A stretch of 64,000 nucleotides of DNA from Eledone cirrhosa (GCA_964016885.1 OZ024743.1:120962001-121026000); one strand, 5' to 3'. Positions 33,201 to 44,418 are shown, counted from the stretch's first letter. Numbers and translations are program-made. Notes: generated by a model not told the origin, from the sequence alone.

Positions 33201-33900
33201 AAATGTCTCCAGACGCCGGAAAAATCTAGCCGCCCTGCTCCTGTCGGGGCATAGACGGCCACTAGCCTGAAAGCTTGCCCGTCTCCGCTGGTCACGTCCA
33301 GCACCACCAACTTACCTTCTGGGTCCAGGAAGATTGCCCGTATAGCGAGATCCAAACCTCTCCGAAAAAGCACAGCAACTCCCCCCCTCCGTTCCAGGAC
33401 GGCTGGGAGATGCGTACACATCGTAGCTGCCGAAGATCGATGCGAAGGCCCGTGCTTCGGAGATTCTGGTCTCGCTGATGGCCACTACCGCTATGTTTAG
33501 TGACCTGAGGTCGTTGAGCAGGTGGTCCTGCTTCCAGGACGACCCCAAGCCACGCGCATTTATGCTGCCTATTCTGAGTGAGGTCATGTTGAAAAGGAGT
33601 GGAAAAGTTGGGAAAGACCACTTACCTTACTTCTCCTAGAGGAACGATGGTTTCTCCATCCTTTTCCCTGCTTGCGGCCTCCTCCGGAAGGATGTCCTCA
33701 TAAATTTTACTGGAGAGTGCTTGTCGGAAGTCTCCGATGTCTTTGGAAAATGTTTGTTTTAGTGTCGTGTACTTTTTCTGTGTGATACGAGTGATTTGTA
33801 TTTATGGAGGTGGTGTGAACTTTTGGGGTGTTGTGTAGTCTTTTTCTGTGATGCTGGTGTTGTGTTGGATGTAGTGTAATAATTGGTTGTTGTTCAAATT
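30256..33900 (-). mobile_element. Tx1/L1-clade LINE copy B: ORF1 tail plus near-complete but frameshifted ORF2 (33587 to 30507) and 3' UTR
   Basis: MTSLRIGSINARGL, ISETR, GGVAVL, VYAP, YTDH (APE); KSPGLDGL, RPITLL, DQSKAFDRVDH, VRQGCPLS, YADD (RT). Internal deletion near 30915. Confidence 0.93.
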
Positions 33901-33904
33901 TAAT

Positions 33905-34065
33905 GCTGTATAGTGTGTATCTATGCAAAGTAAACAATTTATCACATTCTGAGAAGTGGTATGAGCATAAGCCAGAGGCGGTGATAGAAAACGAGGTGAA
34001 GGTGCTATGGGATTTTAGGATACAGACGGACAAGAAATTAGAACACAATAGGCCTGACATGGTGC
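33905..34065 (+). mobile_element. Short R4/Dong RLE fragment between two Tx1 copies
   Basis: KWYEHKPEAVIENEVKVLWDFRIQTDKKLEHNRPDMV, homologous to the 1700-1800 region. Confidence 0.85.
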
Positions 34066-34094
34066 AAGAAATTAGTACACAATAGGCATGACAT

Positions 34095-37000
34095 GCCCTT
34101 TTCTCAGCAGCGCCACCGATCCCCGGCTTGCAAAACTGGGAATGTTCCCGTTTTGCTGCCAGTTGCAGTAAACATCGGCCAAGAGGTCGCCGAACAAGTC
34201 TCGCATATACGCATACAGCTCGTAGGGTAGACGATCCAAACCTGGCGATTTACTCCTCGTGTAGTCAGACATCGCTTCCCGTATTTCACCTATTGTTATC
34301 GGCTTTTCGCAGCACTGCGCTACGGTCGTCGGGAGCCGCGGCAGTCCGTCGCGGTGTGCACCGAAGTCCATACTCCGATCCGGCCAGCCGCCGCTCCAGA
34401 ACAATTAAGCAAAAGGCTGTTGAAAAGCCGCACACATCTGCTCGGGTTCGAGCAACATGCGCCCGTTTTGGTCAGGCAAAGACCGAATTGTGGACTTGTT
34501 GCCACGTCGCGCCTCCACCACCCGGGCCCATTGAACGGCTTTCGTCCCCTCTGTCTTAGAGCACGCGCTCTAGCTCTGACAAGGCTGCCTTTATACTTTG
34601 CGTTGAAGAATTGGTCGAGTGCCAATCTCGCCGCTAGCACGTCGGTTGCGATGCCTGTCCTACACGCCTCATATCTAACTCTCACTCTACTCTATTTTCC
34701 TCTATCACTACTCTTTTGCTAAACCGTATCGATTCTACTCATATAGCCCTTTTTAGGGTAAACCACCACCTGTTGTTTACGATCGCACCCGTCACGCACG
34801 CTTAACTAATTCGCTAATCCAGTCTTTGTAAGCTTTGCGCGCCGGGAACGACGCGTTCAGCTTCCAGTAGCCGGGTCCTTGCCTGTGGAGTCTATGTAAG
34901 TCAACTTCACAGATTCACAAATTTGTGGTCCGTGTAGTCGACTACTTTAAATTGTGGACAACCTACACTAGCCTTATGTTTCCCTACAGAATACCCTATC
35001 TAAATACGATCTGGATGACCCATACTGATTGCCCATGTCCACATTGGCACATTCGGATAATCCAGTCTATACCTGTCAGAGAGTTCAAAACGTCTGAGCA
35101 GGTTGTTGAGGCTTTTACACCCTCCTGCCCTGTCTACTAGCTCCAAATAATCCCAGCGTGCATCTAAGATAACGTTCCAGTCGCCCACTAACACTAAAGA
35201 GCGGGACGTTCCAAGAAAGGTCTCTAGACGTCTGAAGAAAACTGGCCGTCCTGCCCCTGTTGGGGCGTAGACGGCTACTAGCCTGAAAATATTGCCTTCA
35301 CTGCCGGTCACGTCCAGCACCACCGACTTACTTTCTGGGTCCAGGAAGATGGCCCGTATGGCGAGATCCAAGCCTCTCCGAAAAAGCACTGCCACCCCTC
35401 CCCCGATCATGGACGGCTGGGAAATGAGTATACATCGAAGCCGCCGAAGATCGGTGCGAAGACTCGTGCTTCGGAGATTCTGGTCTCGCTGATGGCCACC
35501 ACATCTATGTTTAGTGTCCTGAGGTCGTTGAGCAGGTGACCCTGCTTCCAAGATGATCCCAGGCCACGTACATTTATACTGCCTATTCTAAGTACGGCCA
35601 TGTTGGATGAGAAACGGGGCAAGTGAGAAAGGATCACTTTCCTTGATCGTGTGGTGAAGGGACAGTAGAAACGTCCCTTTGGCTGGTCATGGGTGTTTCC
35701 AAGAGGATGTCAGTGTATATCCTCTTGGTAACCGACCCTCTGAAGTCTCCAACTGCGTTGGGGAATTTTTGTTTTAAAAGTTTGTATTGTTCTATTTTGA
35801 TTTCAATGATGCTTATGTTTATGTTTGTCAGGAGAGTTCTTGGTGTAGTATTTTTTTTCTGTGATGTCTGTGTGCTGCTTTATATGTTGTATGAGTTCTT
35901 TATTTGCTACATTTATGTCAGTGTACTTTTCCTTGATGTTGCTGTTGGGTGTGTGTGTTTTGTTGTGTTTGCTATGTTGGTGTTTTGGTGATGCTGGTAG
36001 TAGTGTGGTTTTTGTTGGTAATGCTTGTGGTGGTGATGGTGATGGTGGTGGTGTTGCTGCAAGTCTCCTTGCAGCTTTTACCCCTCTTTGTCTGCCTTTA
36101 CTTTTGGAGGGTGAAGAAAAGGGGTTTTTCCTCTTTTGTTTTTTGTGGCAGACCGTTTGTAGTAGCGGATCAGGCGTCGGAAGGAGGGAGGCCCTCTTCT
36201 TAGCTGTCTTCTGCTGGCAGAAGGCCCTGAGATGACCCTTCTGCCGACAGAGATAGCACTTTGGGCGCCTTCCTTCCACGCTTATAGGGAGTTGGAGCCC
36301 TTCTTCAAGGTCTATGATGTCTGAGATGGCCTCGATGCACACCTCGTCAGTCTGTATTAGCATTTGCATGCCTATTCCTGACCAGTTCTCTCTTCCCATT
36401 CTCTGTATTTGCAATATGGTGGTCTTCTCGATTCCAGCCAGTACAGACGCGGCCAGCCATGGTATGGGCACGTCGGGCGGGACCTGGGTCACTTTGACCC
36501 TCACAATTTTCTGCCCTCAATAGGAGGCCACCAAGACTATCCCCTCACTCTTTAGGGTTTCCAAAGAGTGAGACTTCGCCTTTTGGGGTGTGGCGAAAAG
36601 TACGTCTACTGTGGCGCACTTTTTTCCTCGGTTGATGTGGGTTTTGCGCGCCCAGGCGCACCCCAAGGCCTTTTGGATTTGAGTCTCTGGGGCTCTCTCC
36701 ACCCGATGTGACATTTTGTTTACGGTGCGGTAAGTTACCGTGCGCAGCTGCTGGTCTTTGTAGAAATCGGGTGAGGTTTCAGGGAAACTCTATTGTCGTT
36801 TCTCGACACCATGGCTCTTGCGACTGCCATCTCCTCCTTCGTGACTAACACTGTCTCTATATTTCGGGCCACACCTGCGAAAGAAGTGGCCCCTTTTTCA
36901 GCGGCACCACTATTGCTGCCGCTACTGGTCTTGTTGTTGGTGCTGTTGATATTGCTACAAACGGTGTTGTTGGTGTTGTTGCTGTTATCACTGTTGCAGT

Positions 37001-37522
37001 TGGTTGTGTTTTTGGTGCCACCGTTGTTGTTGTTTTCGGTGCAATTTGTATTGTTGCTGTTGGTGTTGTCGTTGTTTATTTTCTTGTTAGTGGTGTTAAT
37101 ATCGTTGTTGCATTTGTTGTCATTTTTCCTGTTGTCTGTATTTTGGTTGACGCTGTAAATGTTGTAGTTGGTGTGGTAATTTTTCCAAAATTAGTGTTTT
37201 CGTGGTTGTCTTTGTTCACGTTGTTTGTGGTGGTATCTGTTGTATGAATTTCACTAACCCTCCTCTCAACTTTTACGCCGATGTCACACGACAGAGGACA
37301 TATTGCTGTGGGGCGTGGTTCAGCCATGTTTCTTTTTCTCAAGTAATTTTTAAAAGTAAAATGTTCAAATATTTGGGCCCAAATATTATACTTTCTCCTT
37401 CACAGGGCAAAGTCTAAGTGCTTATATCCCTTATACAACAAAAAATATTTAACAACAAATAATTTTAACAGGCAAAAAAAGCGACTTACTGGAAGCGAGC
37501 AAAAAGCGTCCGAACAGACCGA
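34095..37522 (-). mobile_element. Tx1/L1-clade LINE copy C: 5' UTR, ORF1, APE and start of RT region; 3' part missing
   Basis: ORF2 starts MAVLRIGSINVRGL at 35601, contains VGDWN and GPGYWKLN, and breaks off after SPGLDRLP..ALLRK near 34097. Confidence 0.9.
35803..37327 (-). pseudogene. Disrupted ORF1 (gag-like, CCHC zinc knuckle) of Tx1 copy C
   Basis: MAEPRP start at 37327, N/T/Q low-complexity stretch, in-frame TGA at 36517-36519, and VEGRRPKCYLCRQKGHLRAFC (CX2CX4HX4C). Confidence 0.8.
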
Positions 37523-37558
37523 TAATAATTATAATAACAATCAAAATAATGATAATGA

Positions 37559-38090
37559 TTTCATTTATTGGCCAGACAGGGACAGTGGGGTTTACGATAA
37601 GCTCGAGTAAAAGTGCACAATGGCAAGACTAATTTAACAATGAAGATATAAAAAATATAAAATAAACTCTGCATAAATATAACAAAATAAATTCCCCAAT
37701 AGTGGGGTGGACGACCCAGGGGTGACTCAGGTGCCCCACCAATCATGAACCACCCTGCGCTTCTAGGGCACCCGTGGTGAGCACCCCCTCCTCCTCGAAT
37801 TAGCCAGCTTACAGGCACATAGTCAGAGTAGAGCCACTCACACGGGCCATTCTCGCCACATTCACACACATTTTAACAAATGTACTGGGGCACAGCACTT
37901 CTCTCTCCACCCTCACCTTCCTTTCCAGGTGAAACTTGAAGAAGTTGGTGAGGGATTGGCCGAAGACAAAAGTGTCTGTCTTCTCTCCTTTCAATCTGGT
38001 CCACCATACAACCTCTTTCGCAACTGCCACCAGACAGAGGGAAATTGCCTGCTGTTCCTGGCCAAAGGAAAGCGGCGGGTCGATTTCAAT
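37559..38090 (-). mobile_element. Tx1/L1-clade LINE copy D, 3' end only
   Basis: AKEVVWWTRLKG..NFFKFHL..VERE C-terminus and a 3' UTR ending CCAATAAATGAAATCATT, next to a degenerate (TAA)n. Confidence 0.88.
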
Positions 38091-38233
38091 GGGCTATGCA
38101 AGCGTTTTGACCTGAAATTTGCGTTGTGGCCAATTGAATGCCTCGCAGCATTTGAGCAGCGTTGCCTACAAGTGCTGCTGATAATCCTCTGTTACTAGTA
38201 ATATGATGTAGTGACTGATATTGATGAAATAAT

Positions 38234-38391
38234 TGTTTCTACTTTTGGCACAAGGCCAGCAATTATTTTATCGACCCCGTAAGGATGAAAGGCAAAGTTA
38301 ACCTCGACGGGATTTGAACTCGGACCGTAAAGGGACGTAACTATGCTGGAAAGAATGGCGTCCGACTCTCTACCGATACTGCCAATCCACC
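38234..38391 (-). mobile_element. Near full-length tRNA-derived SINE with 17-bp target-site duplication
   Basis: TSD GATATTGATGAAATAAT at 38217-38233 and 38392-38408; A box (TGGCAGTATCGG) and B box (GAGTTCAAATCC) on the minus strand. Confidence 0.92.
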
Positions 38392-40178
38392 GATATTGAT
38401 GAAATAATACATCACGAAAACACAAGTAATGGATACGCGACATCTAACAGAAATACAAATATGGAAGATATGAATTCTGAAGATAGAATTAACACGTGCA
38501 CAACGTATAGAAATAAACAGAGGTGTTGAATATCTACGTCGGATCCAACGTCACCAGGACGTATTGTTTTGGCCTTAGTTGAATCTGGCCAGGCTAGAAT
38601 GTCTTCACAGTCGCTTAGTTTGGAAACAATAGCTTCTTCTGGTGAAAACGACAGCTTACTGTGAATTACCTTGTGCCAAGGGCTTGAGATGGCGTAACTA
38701 ATCTGTAGAGATTTCTAGGTGTTCATCAGATGTGGCTGGTGTTTGTTAAGTGCAATATTACACAACTTGTCTGTTTGATACAGGCTACGGTCCTGTGTTA
38801 TGCTTATAGCAAGGTCGGTGTCTAAAACTAAACTTTTGTCAGGCGCATACGTTCTTGAGTCGGAGCAACGAACACCCCAGTGTTCTTTAGCCATTTAGTG
38901 GCAGGAAAAGCAACAATGGAGGAAGTCTGCGCATCGATCCGGATTATCTGACGGGTTTTTTTAACTCATAATAGGGTTAATTTCCAACACTCTGATCTGG
39001 CAGTAGTGGTAGTTGTAGCGGTCTGGGAATTGTTATATCGAGGTAAGGTTTACAGACATGACAGTAACGTCAATCAGACCTGTCAGATATACACGGTGAC
39101 CCATGAAACTGCAATACATGAGGAGTGAAATATAAAAGTAAGAGATATTAATAAATCACATATTGATTATTGTTATTCGTTTTTATGAATATCATTTTTT
39201 AAAAGTTATTACTCAAGGGATTACGACTTAAGGAAAAAGGACAGCTTCAAAAGTATTTTTTTGTAATTTTTAAAATTATATCGACTATATATGTTCTTGA
39301 ACTCGGAAAAATGAACAAATCATATTTAGATTAAAATAGATACGTAATATTACGTTGTTCATAAATTATCAGATAGTTTATATTTCTGTCAAATCTGTCA
39401 TCATTGTATTTTTAAAAAGTACTTTTTATGAACATTGATGTATAGAAAATAGCTTCAGATGTTTGTATCGTAGTATTGGATTATAATGAATACACTTAAT
39501 TTTGTTTCCATAATACGAATAATAGAGCAAATATCGATCAAACCTTTAGAGCCTGTTAACATAATTTTTTATCCTCGATTCAAAACAAATGTTTATTTCC
39601 TTAGAATATGCGAAGATCTATATTATGAATCTCATAATTAACCTGGGAATAGAATCAATAACATATAATAAAGAGAAGCATCAAACATTGAGAAGCGTTC
39701 ACTTCAGAAAGAAATCAAAGATCAAAGAAATTGTCAAATACATTCTTCATTCATCGACTTCTCATTTTAAATTGCCAATATTACAACGGCTTTTTTATTT
39801 ATTTCTCATTATTTGAATAAATTTAACTCTTTTTTAATACATTTTGATAATATAAAGCATCTTATCAATTTCATTATTTCATGAATCTAACATACAATTG
39901 GAACCAATTCAATACTATTTATAGTCATATAAACGGAATTGCATTTATCAATATTAACACTATATTTTTATGGAAGGAAAATATTTCTAAAATAGATTGT
40001 AAGAGTTTCTAGAATGAAATCTATGGATAATATTACTCAGAGAATGAATCGTTAATGCCGATTTGAAATCTCATTTCAATGAATGGTTACTATTTTAGAT
40101 GGATAATCAAGTTTTACACCCAAATCCCTAGAACACATTAAAATTACAAATAATGTTTGATTTGAAACCGTAAAATGT

Positions 40179-40217
<39 letters not shown>

Positions 40218-40221
<4 letters not shown>

Positions 40222-42002
40222 CAAATTTATACGGGAACAAAACAGAGAGGCAGACAAATAAAGGTTTATTAGGTTCACGCTTTTGAGAGTGGGGGGGGGG
40301 GACGTTTCGGGCATAAGCCCTTCTTCAGGAGTAAATAGGTTAGGAAGAGAGTTCAGAGGGTGTGTGGAAATACATTTAGAAAAAAGGGGGAAGGAGAAAA
40401 AATAAAAAATAAAAATAAACGTAAAAATAAACATAACAATAAACAATAAGATGGACAAGTAGTGGAAGGGTGTGAGGGGTGTAAGGGTGGTGGCGGGTGG
40501 AGTTGGGAGAGACAGGCGGAGGGTCGAAGCGAGGAAGGCTGAAGGTGGTGTTTGTGTATGTATGTAGGTGTACGTGAGTGTGTGTGCGTGTGTATGTGAG
40601 AGTTTGAGGAAGAACGAGGTTCCATGTCCAGGAAAAGGTGTGTGCGTGGGGTGGGGTGTAAGTCGGTGTGTGCGTGTTGAAAGAGAGGCGTCAGGGGGTG
40701 GGGGAGGTGGCGTGTGGATTCCGGAGGTTGTGTATATGTGGGGGTACGCATGTGTGTGTTTGTGTTTATGTGTGGTGTGGATGTGGGTGGCGTGGTGCGA
40801 AAAAAAATGTGTGAGTGTATGTTCGTGGGTAAGGTCCTGAGGTAGTTCCGTCGGATGTGTGGAGAGTGGCTCGATATTTTTCAAGATATGGAGAAGATGG
40901 TCGGAGATGTGATGACCGAAGGTGTAGAATCCAATGTTGGTGGTGGTAGGAAGTGGAGGGAAGTGGGGTGCGCGCGCAACAGGAAGTGGTCAGAGGGTCA
41001 AGACAGGGTGTAGAGATAGCAGTAGAGCGGGATGAAGAGGTAGCAGTAGAGTGGGATGACAGGTGGAGTAAGATGACGACTTGTGTGTATGTCTGTGTGA
41101 GCGAAGGTGCGGTGGACAGGGAAGAGGATGGGTAAGTGTGAAGAGTGGAGGGGGAAGGTGGTGAAGTGGGGCGATGGGGTGTATATTAGTAGAGGTGTTA
41201 GTGGGATGTATGTGCGTGAAGGGGTGTGGGTGGAGTGGGGAGAGGGCGAGAGAGAGAGAGAGAGAGGGAGTGAGAGAGAGGGAAAGAGAGAGAGAGAGGG
41301 GGGAAGAGAAGAGGTGTTGGGGACGGAGTAGGGAGTGTAGTGTACTGGTGTGTGTGTACGTGTTTCGATGAATGTGTGTGTGTGGTAACGGGGGTGTTAG
41401 TATTACATGTGATGGGGAAAGGGTGGAAAAAAGCAGGTGTGTAAGTGGGGATTAGTGGTGGTTGGGTGTGTGGAGTGGGTGGTGTACATAGGTGCGTGTG
41501 TATGTGTGATAGTGTGTGTTCGTGTGTGTGGGGTCGGGGGAGGTTAGTGATGTTAGTTGTGGGGTGGTCGGAGTGGATGTGTGGGTGAGGGTTAGTGGTG
41601 GTAGTAGGGTGTGTGGATAGTGTGAGTGCGAGTATATATGATCAGGTGGGTGTGTGCGTGTTAGCCGGAAGGGTGGGGATGTTAGTATAGTTAATTGAGG
41701 GAGGGCCGAGGGGTGAGGTGGGGGTGTTAGTATGTTAGTTGTGGGATGGGCCAAGGGGGGGGTGAATGGCGAAGTGTGTTAGAGGTGTTAGTGGGGAAAG
41801 GGTGGGGTGATGTTTGGGCGGCCGGGTGGGCGGTCGAAGGCTAAAGGATTAGGGGTGGGGAGTTCAGGCTGGGGGAGAGGGGTCTGGAGGGTGAAGATGG
41901 TGCCGTGTTCGACCGTGAGGCGGGTGGCGGGTGTTCCATGGCATTGGAGAAGGCCACAGACTGTGAGGTGGTGAGCGGAATGTCCAGAGGAGCGAAAGTG
42001 GC
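40218..42002 (-). mobile_element. Penelope-like element 3' portion (GIY-YIG C-terminus plus C/A-rich 3' region), bounded by (AT)n
   Basis: 42000-41860 reads HFRSSGHSAHHLTVCGLLQC..RLTVEHGTIFTLQTPLPQPEL, matching the PLE 'HF...GH....L...G....R...E...I..L.T..P.GLN' tail. A minimal hammerhead and AATAAA lie near the 3' end. Confidence 0.75.
40301..40328 (-). ncRNA. Minimal Penelope-type hammerhead motif (stem I not evident)
   Basis: Minus strand CTGAAGA-A-GGGC-TTAT-GCCC-GAAACGTC. Confidence 0.65.
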
Positions 42003-42025
42003 ATATATATATATAATGCTTTATA

Positions 42026-42074
<49 letters not shown>

Positions 42075-42088
<14 letters not shown>

Positions 42089-44310
42089 AGGAGGTGAGTT
42101 TTATTGTAGCACAATAATGCAATGCAAATATCGGATAAGTAGCACTCTACAGTTTATAGGACTGGAGTATAAATAATATAAGATCAAAAGATGGTTAAAA
42201 GAGTTCCAAGTATTTTATTATGCGCATTTCAAAAACAAATATCATCATGGGGTGATATCTGCGTTTTCATCAGATAAAATAGGGATACGTGATATGTAGC
42301 TTATAAAGCACTTGTGAGCAGTGAAGTTTTAAATCAACATATGAAAAAATAAGTAAGATGGATATATGAGATTGGGAAAAAAATGAGGAGGGGGGGGGGG
42401 TAGGAAAAGGTAATGAAGAGGAAGAAAGAAAATAAAGGATGGTGGGGGAGGAGTATAAGGAGGAAGGATCAGAGGGGAGGAGAAATGAGTGATAGAGAGA
42501 GAGAGAAATAGGCTTTACAACTGAGAAAACATTGTCTCACAGAGAGAAATTAAAAAAACCGTTGGAAGATAATAGATAATTTAAAAAGATTTTGAAATTA
42601 AAAGTTAATGAGGTTTATGGATGTTGTTTATGATTGAAGAAAAAGGAATTAGGAATAGTATTAATTTAGGTTTATGTATTGAAGGGTTTAATAATATGTG
42701 CGGAAAAAAAGGAGAATTTATTAATATGTATTATTAAAATAAAAATATTAAGGATATAATGTGAAAGAAGGAGAAGAATAAATGAGTTATGAACTTAGAG
42801 GAATTATTTAGGGTTTAAGTTTGTTTTCATGTATTGTAATATGTAAAAGTAAATAGTAGGTTTAAAACAAGCACGGAGGAGAGAAGAAAAAAGAGAACTT
42901 AAGGAAGAAAAAATATCTAACGTCAAAAAGTATATATGTTTACAAACATGTTCTAATGGTAATATTATTATATATTAAAAAATATGTAGTTTCTATGGCC
43001 AATCATATGAGCAAAAATGGAAAATGGAAAATGCTGTAGTGAGTAATAATATGAATTGAGAAGTAATTGGGAAGTAAAGGTTACAGATTAAAATATTAGA
43101 AATAAAAAAAAAAGGAAGAAAGGAAAAAAGGATAAACAGAAGAAAGATAGGGGATCACAACAACATAGAGTGAGTAAATTGTATCATATAATATACTGAA
43201 ATAAGGTAGAAAGATGGGTATAGAAAAGAAGATTTTAAATTACTTAGGTATTGAGATATTAGCTGTATGCTTTATGGAATGTTCTATGGGATTTATGCAA
43301 GCAGAGCGAAAATAAATCGGTACGTCTATTTATTATAGAATTAAAATTAGATATAATGGTAAATTTCTCGGCTAGGCAGAGATTACATGTTCTGGATAGG
43401 GAGGAATTCGGGTAAGGAAAGGCGTAGCAAACCTTCCTCCAAGAGATGATATAGTTAATATTTTTGTCTTTTAAGGACCATATGAGTTCTGAGAGTGCCA
43501 TGTTAGTTCTTTTAAGATGGTATTTAAAAGACGATTTGTGATTATAAAATCTTGCTTTAAAGGAAGTGGAAGTGGAACCGAAATAGGTAAAAGAATTAGT
43601 ACCAGTTATAACCTTACATTCGTACACTAAGTTTTTATCAAGACATTGGTTATTAAGAGGACATTTAGTTCTAACAGGGCAATTACAATTACGATTAGGG
43701 AAATTAACAGAGTTATTAACAAGTAACCTAGTATTATTTATAGAAGGAAATGGATTTGAGAAGTTATATACGATATGAACATTCGACGAAGTTACGTTTG
43801 ACGTCGTATTTAAATTTACTGAATATAGCCCAGAGTTAACATTGACGTCGGGTATATTACTGCTATTATTATGACACTCAGTGTTGGAGGGATGTAATTT
43901 ATTACTTACTATTTTATTATTGTGTTTAGAGATAATGTTAGAGATGTTGGAAGTGGTGGAATAAGAAAATTTGATTGTATGTTTGTTAAAGATTTTACTA
44001 TAGATATGCGAGGGAGGGAAGCATTTATCTAAGGCCCTAAAGAATAGTTTTGGAATATTATTAGTGATGGATAGAGCATTATACCAAATCATATTTTTGT
44101 ATCTAGGTCTTTTATTTAAGTTATTGGAGTGTTGATAATTAACTATTTTACTACAAGTCCTTCGATGATTGGTTTCTTTACTGTATTTAATTTTATCAGG
44201 ATAGCCGGCTTTGCAAAGCGCATTATTATAGTAATTGGCATTAGCGTCGAAGATAACCTTATTAGAGGATAGATTTGAGATTCTTTTTTCAATATTACTT
44301 ACTATAAGAA
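42075..44310 (-). mobile_element. 5'-truncated Penelope-like element: RT thumb/linker plus GIY-YIG endonuclease ORF (to stop at 43259) and ~1.1-kb 3' region
   Basis: Open frame with KRISNLSS..AGY, IWYN, KIFNKHTIKFSYS, CNC..CPL..CL, LVY..YFGST..FKARFYNHKSSF, LSELIWSLK and CNLCLAEK; hammerhead in the 3' region. Confidence 0.9.
42211..42281 (-). ncRNA. Type-I hammerhead ribozyme in the PLE 3' region
   Basis: Minus strand TATTTTAT-CTGATGA-[14-position stem II, one mismatch, 8-nt loop]-GAA-ATGCGCAT-A-ATAAAATA. Perfect 8-bp stem I, palindromic stem III, AUA site. Confidence 0.8.
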
Positions 44311-44323
44311 TCAAACATTCATG

Positions 44324-44418
44324 ATTTTCAGCAAACAGGCGGAGCACTTAGCTTTGATAAGCACCAAAAAGTGCGAAACAGAGCTCTGTCAGCTTTATCT
44401 CCCCTGTTTGCTGAAAAT
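44324..44418 (+). ncRNA. Full-length type-I hammerhead ribozyme with U3-A8 core variant
   Basis: ATTTTCAGCAAACAGG-C-GGAG-CACTT-AGCT-TTGATAA-GCAC-CAAAAA-GTGC-GAAA-CAGAGCTCTG-TC^AGCT-TTAT-CTCC-CCTGTTTGCTGAAAAT. Predicted cleavage after 44390. Confidence 0.8.

Noticed and set aside
38100-38900. Possible RTE 3' remnant (LAAFEQRCLQVLLI)
   Set aside because: Only one short motif; too decayed to delimit with confidence.
44311-44347. Apparent start 'MLRLFAENHECL' of the PLE ORF
   Set aside because: It is read from the reverse strand of the hammerhead unit; the PLE is 5'-truncated near 44310.
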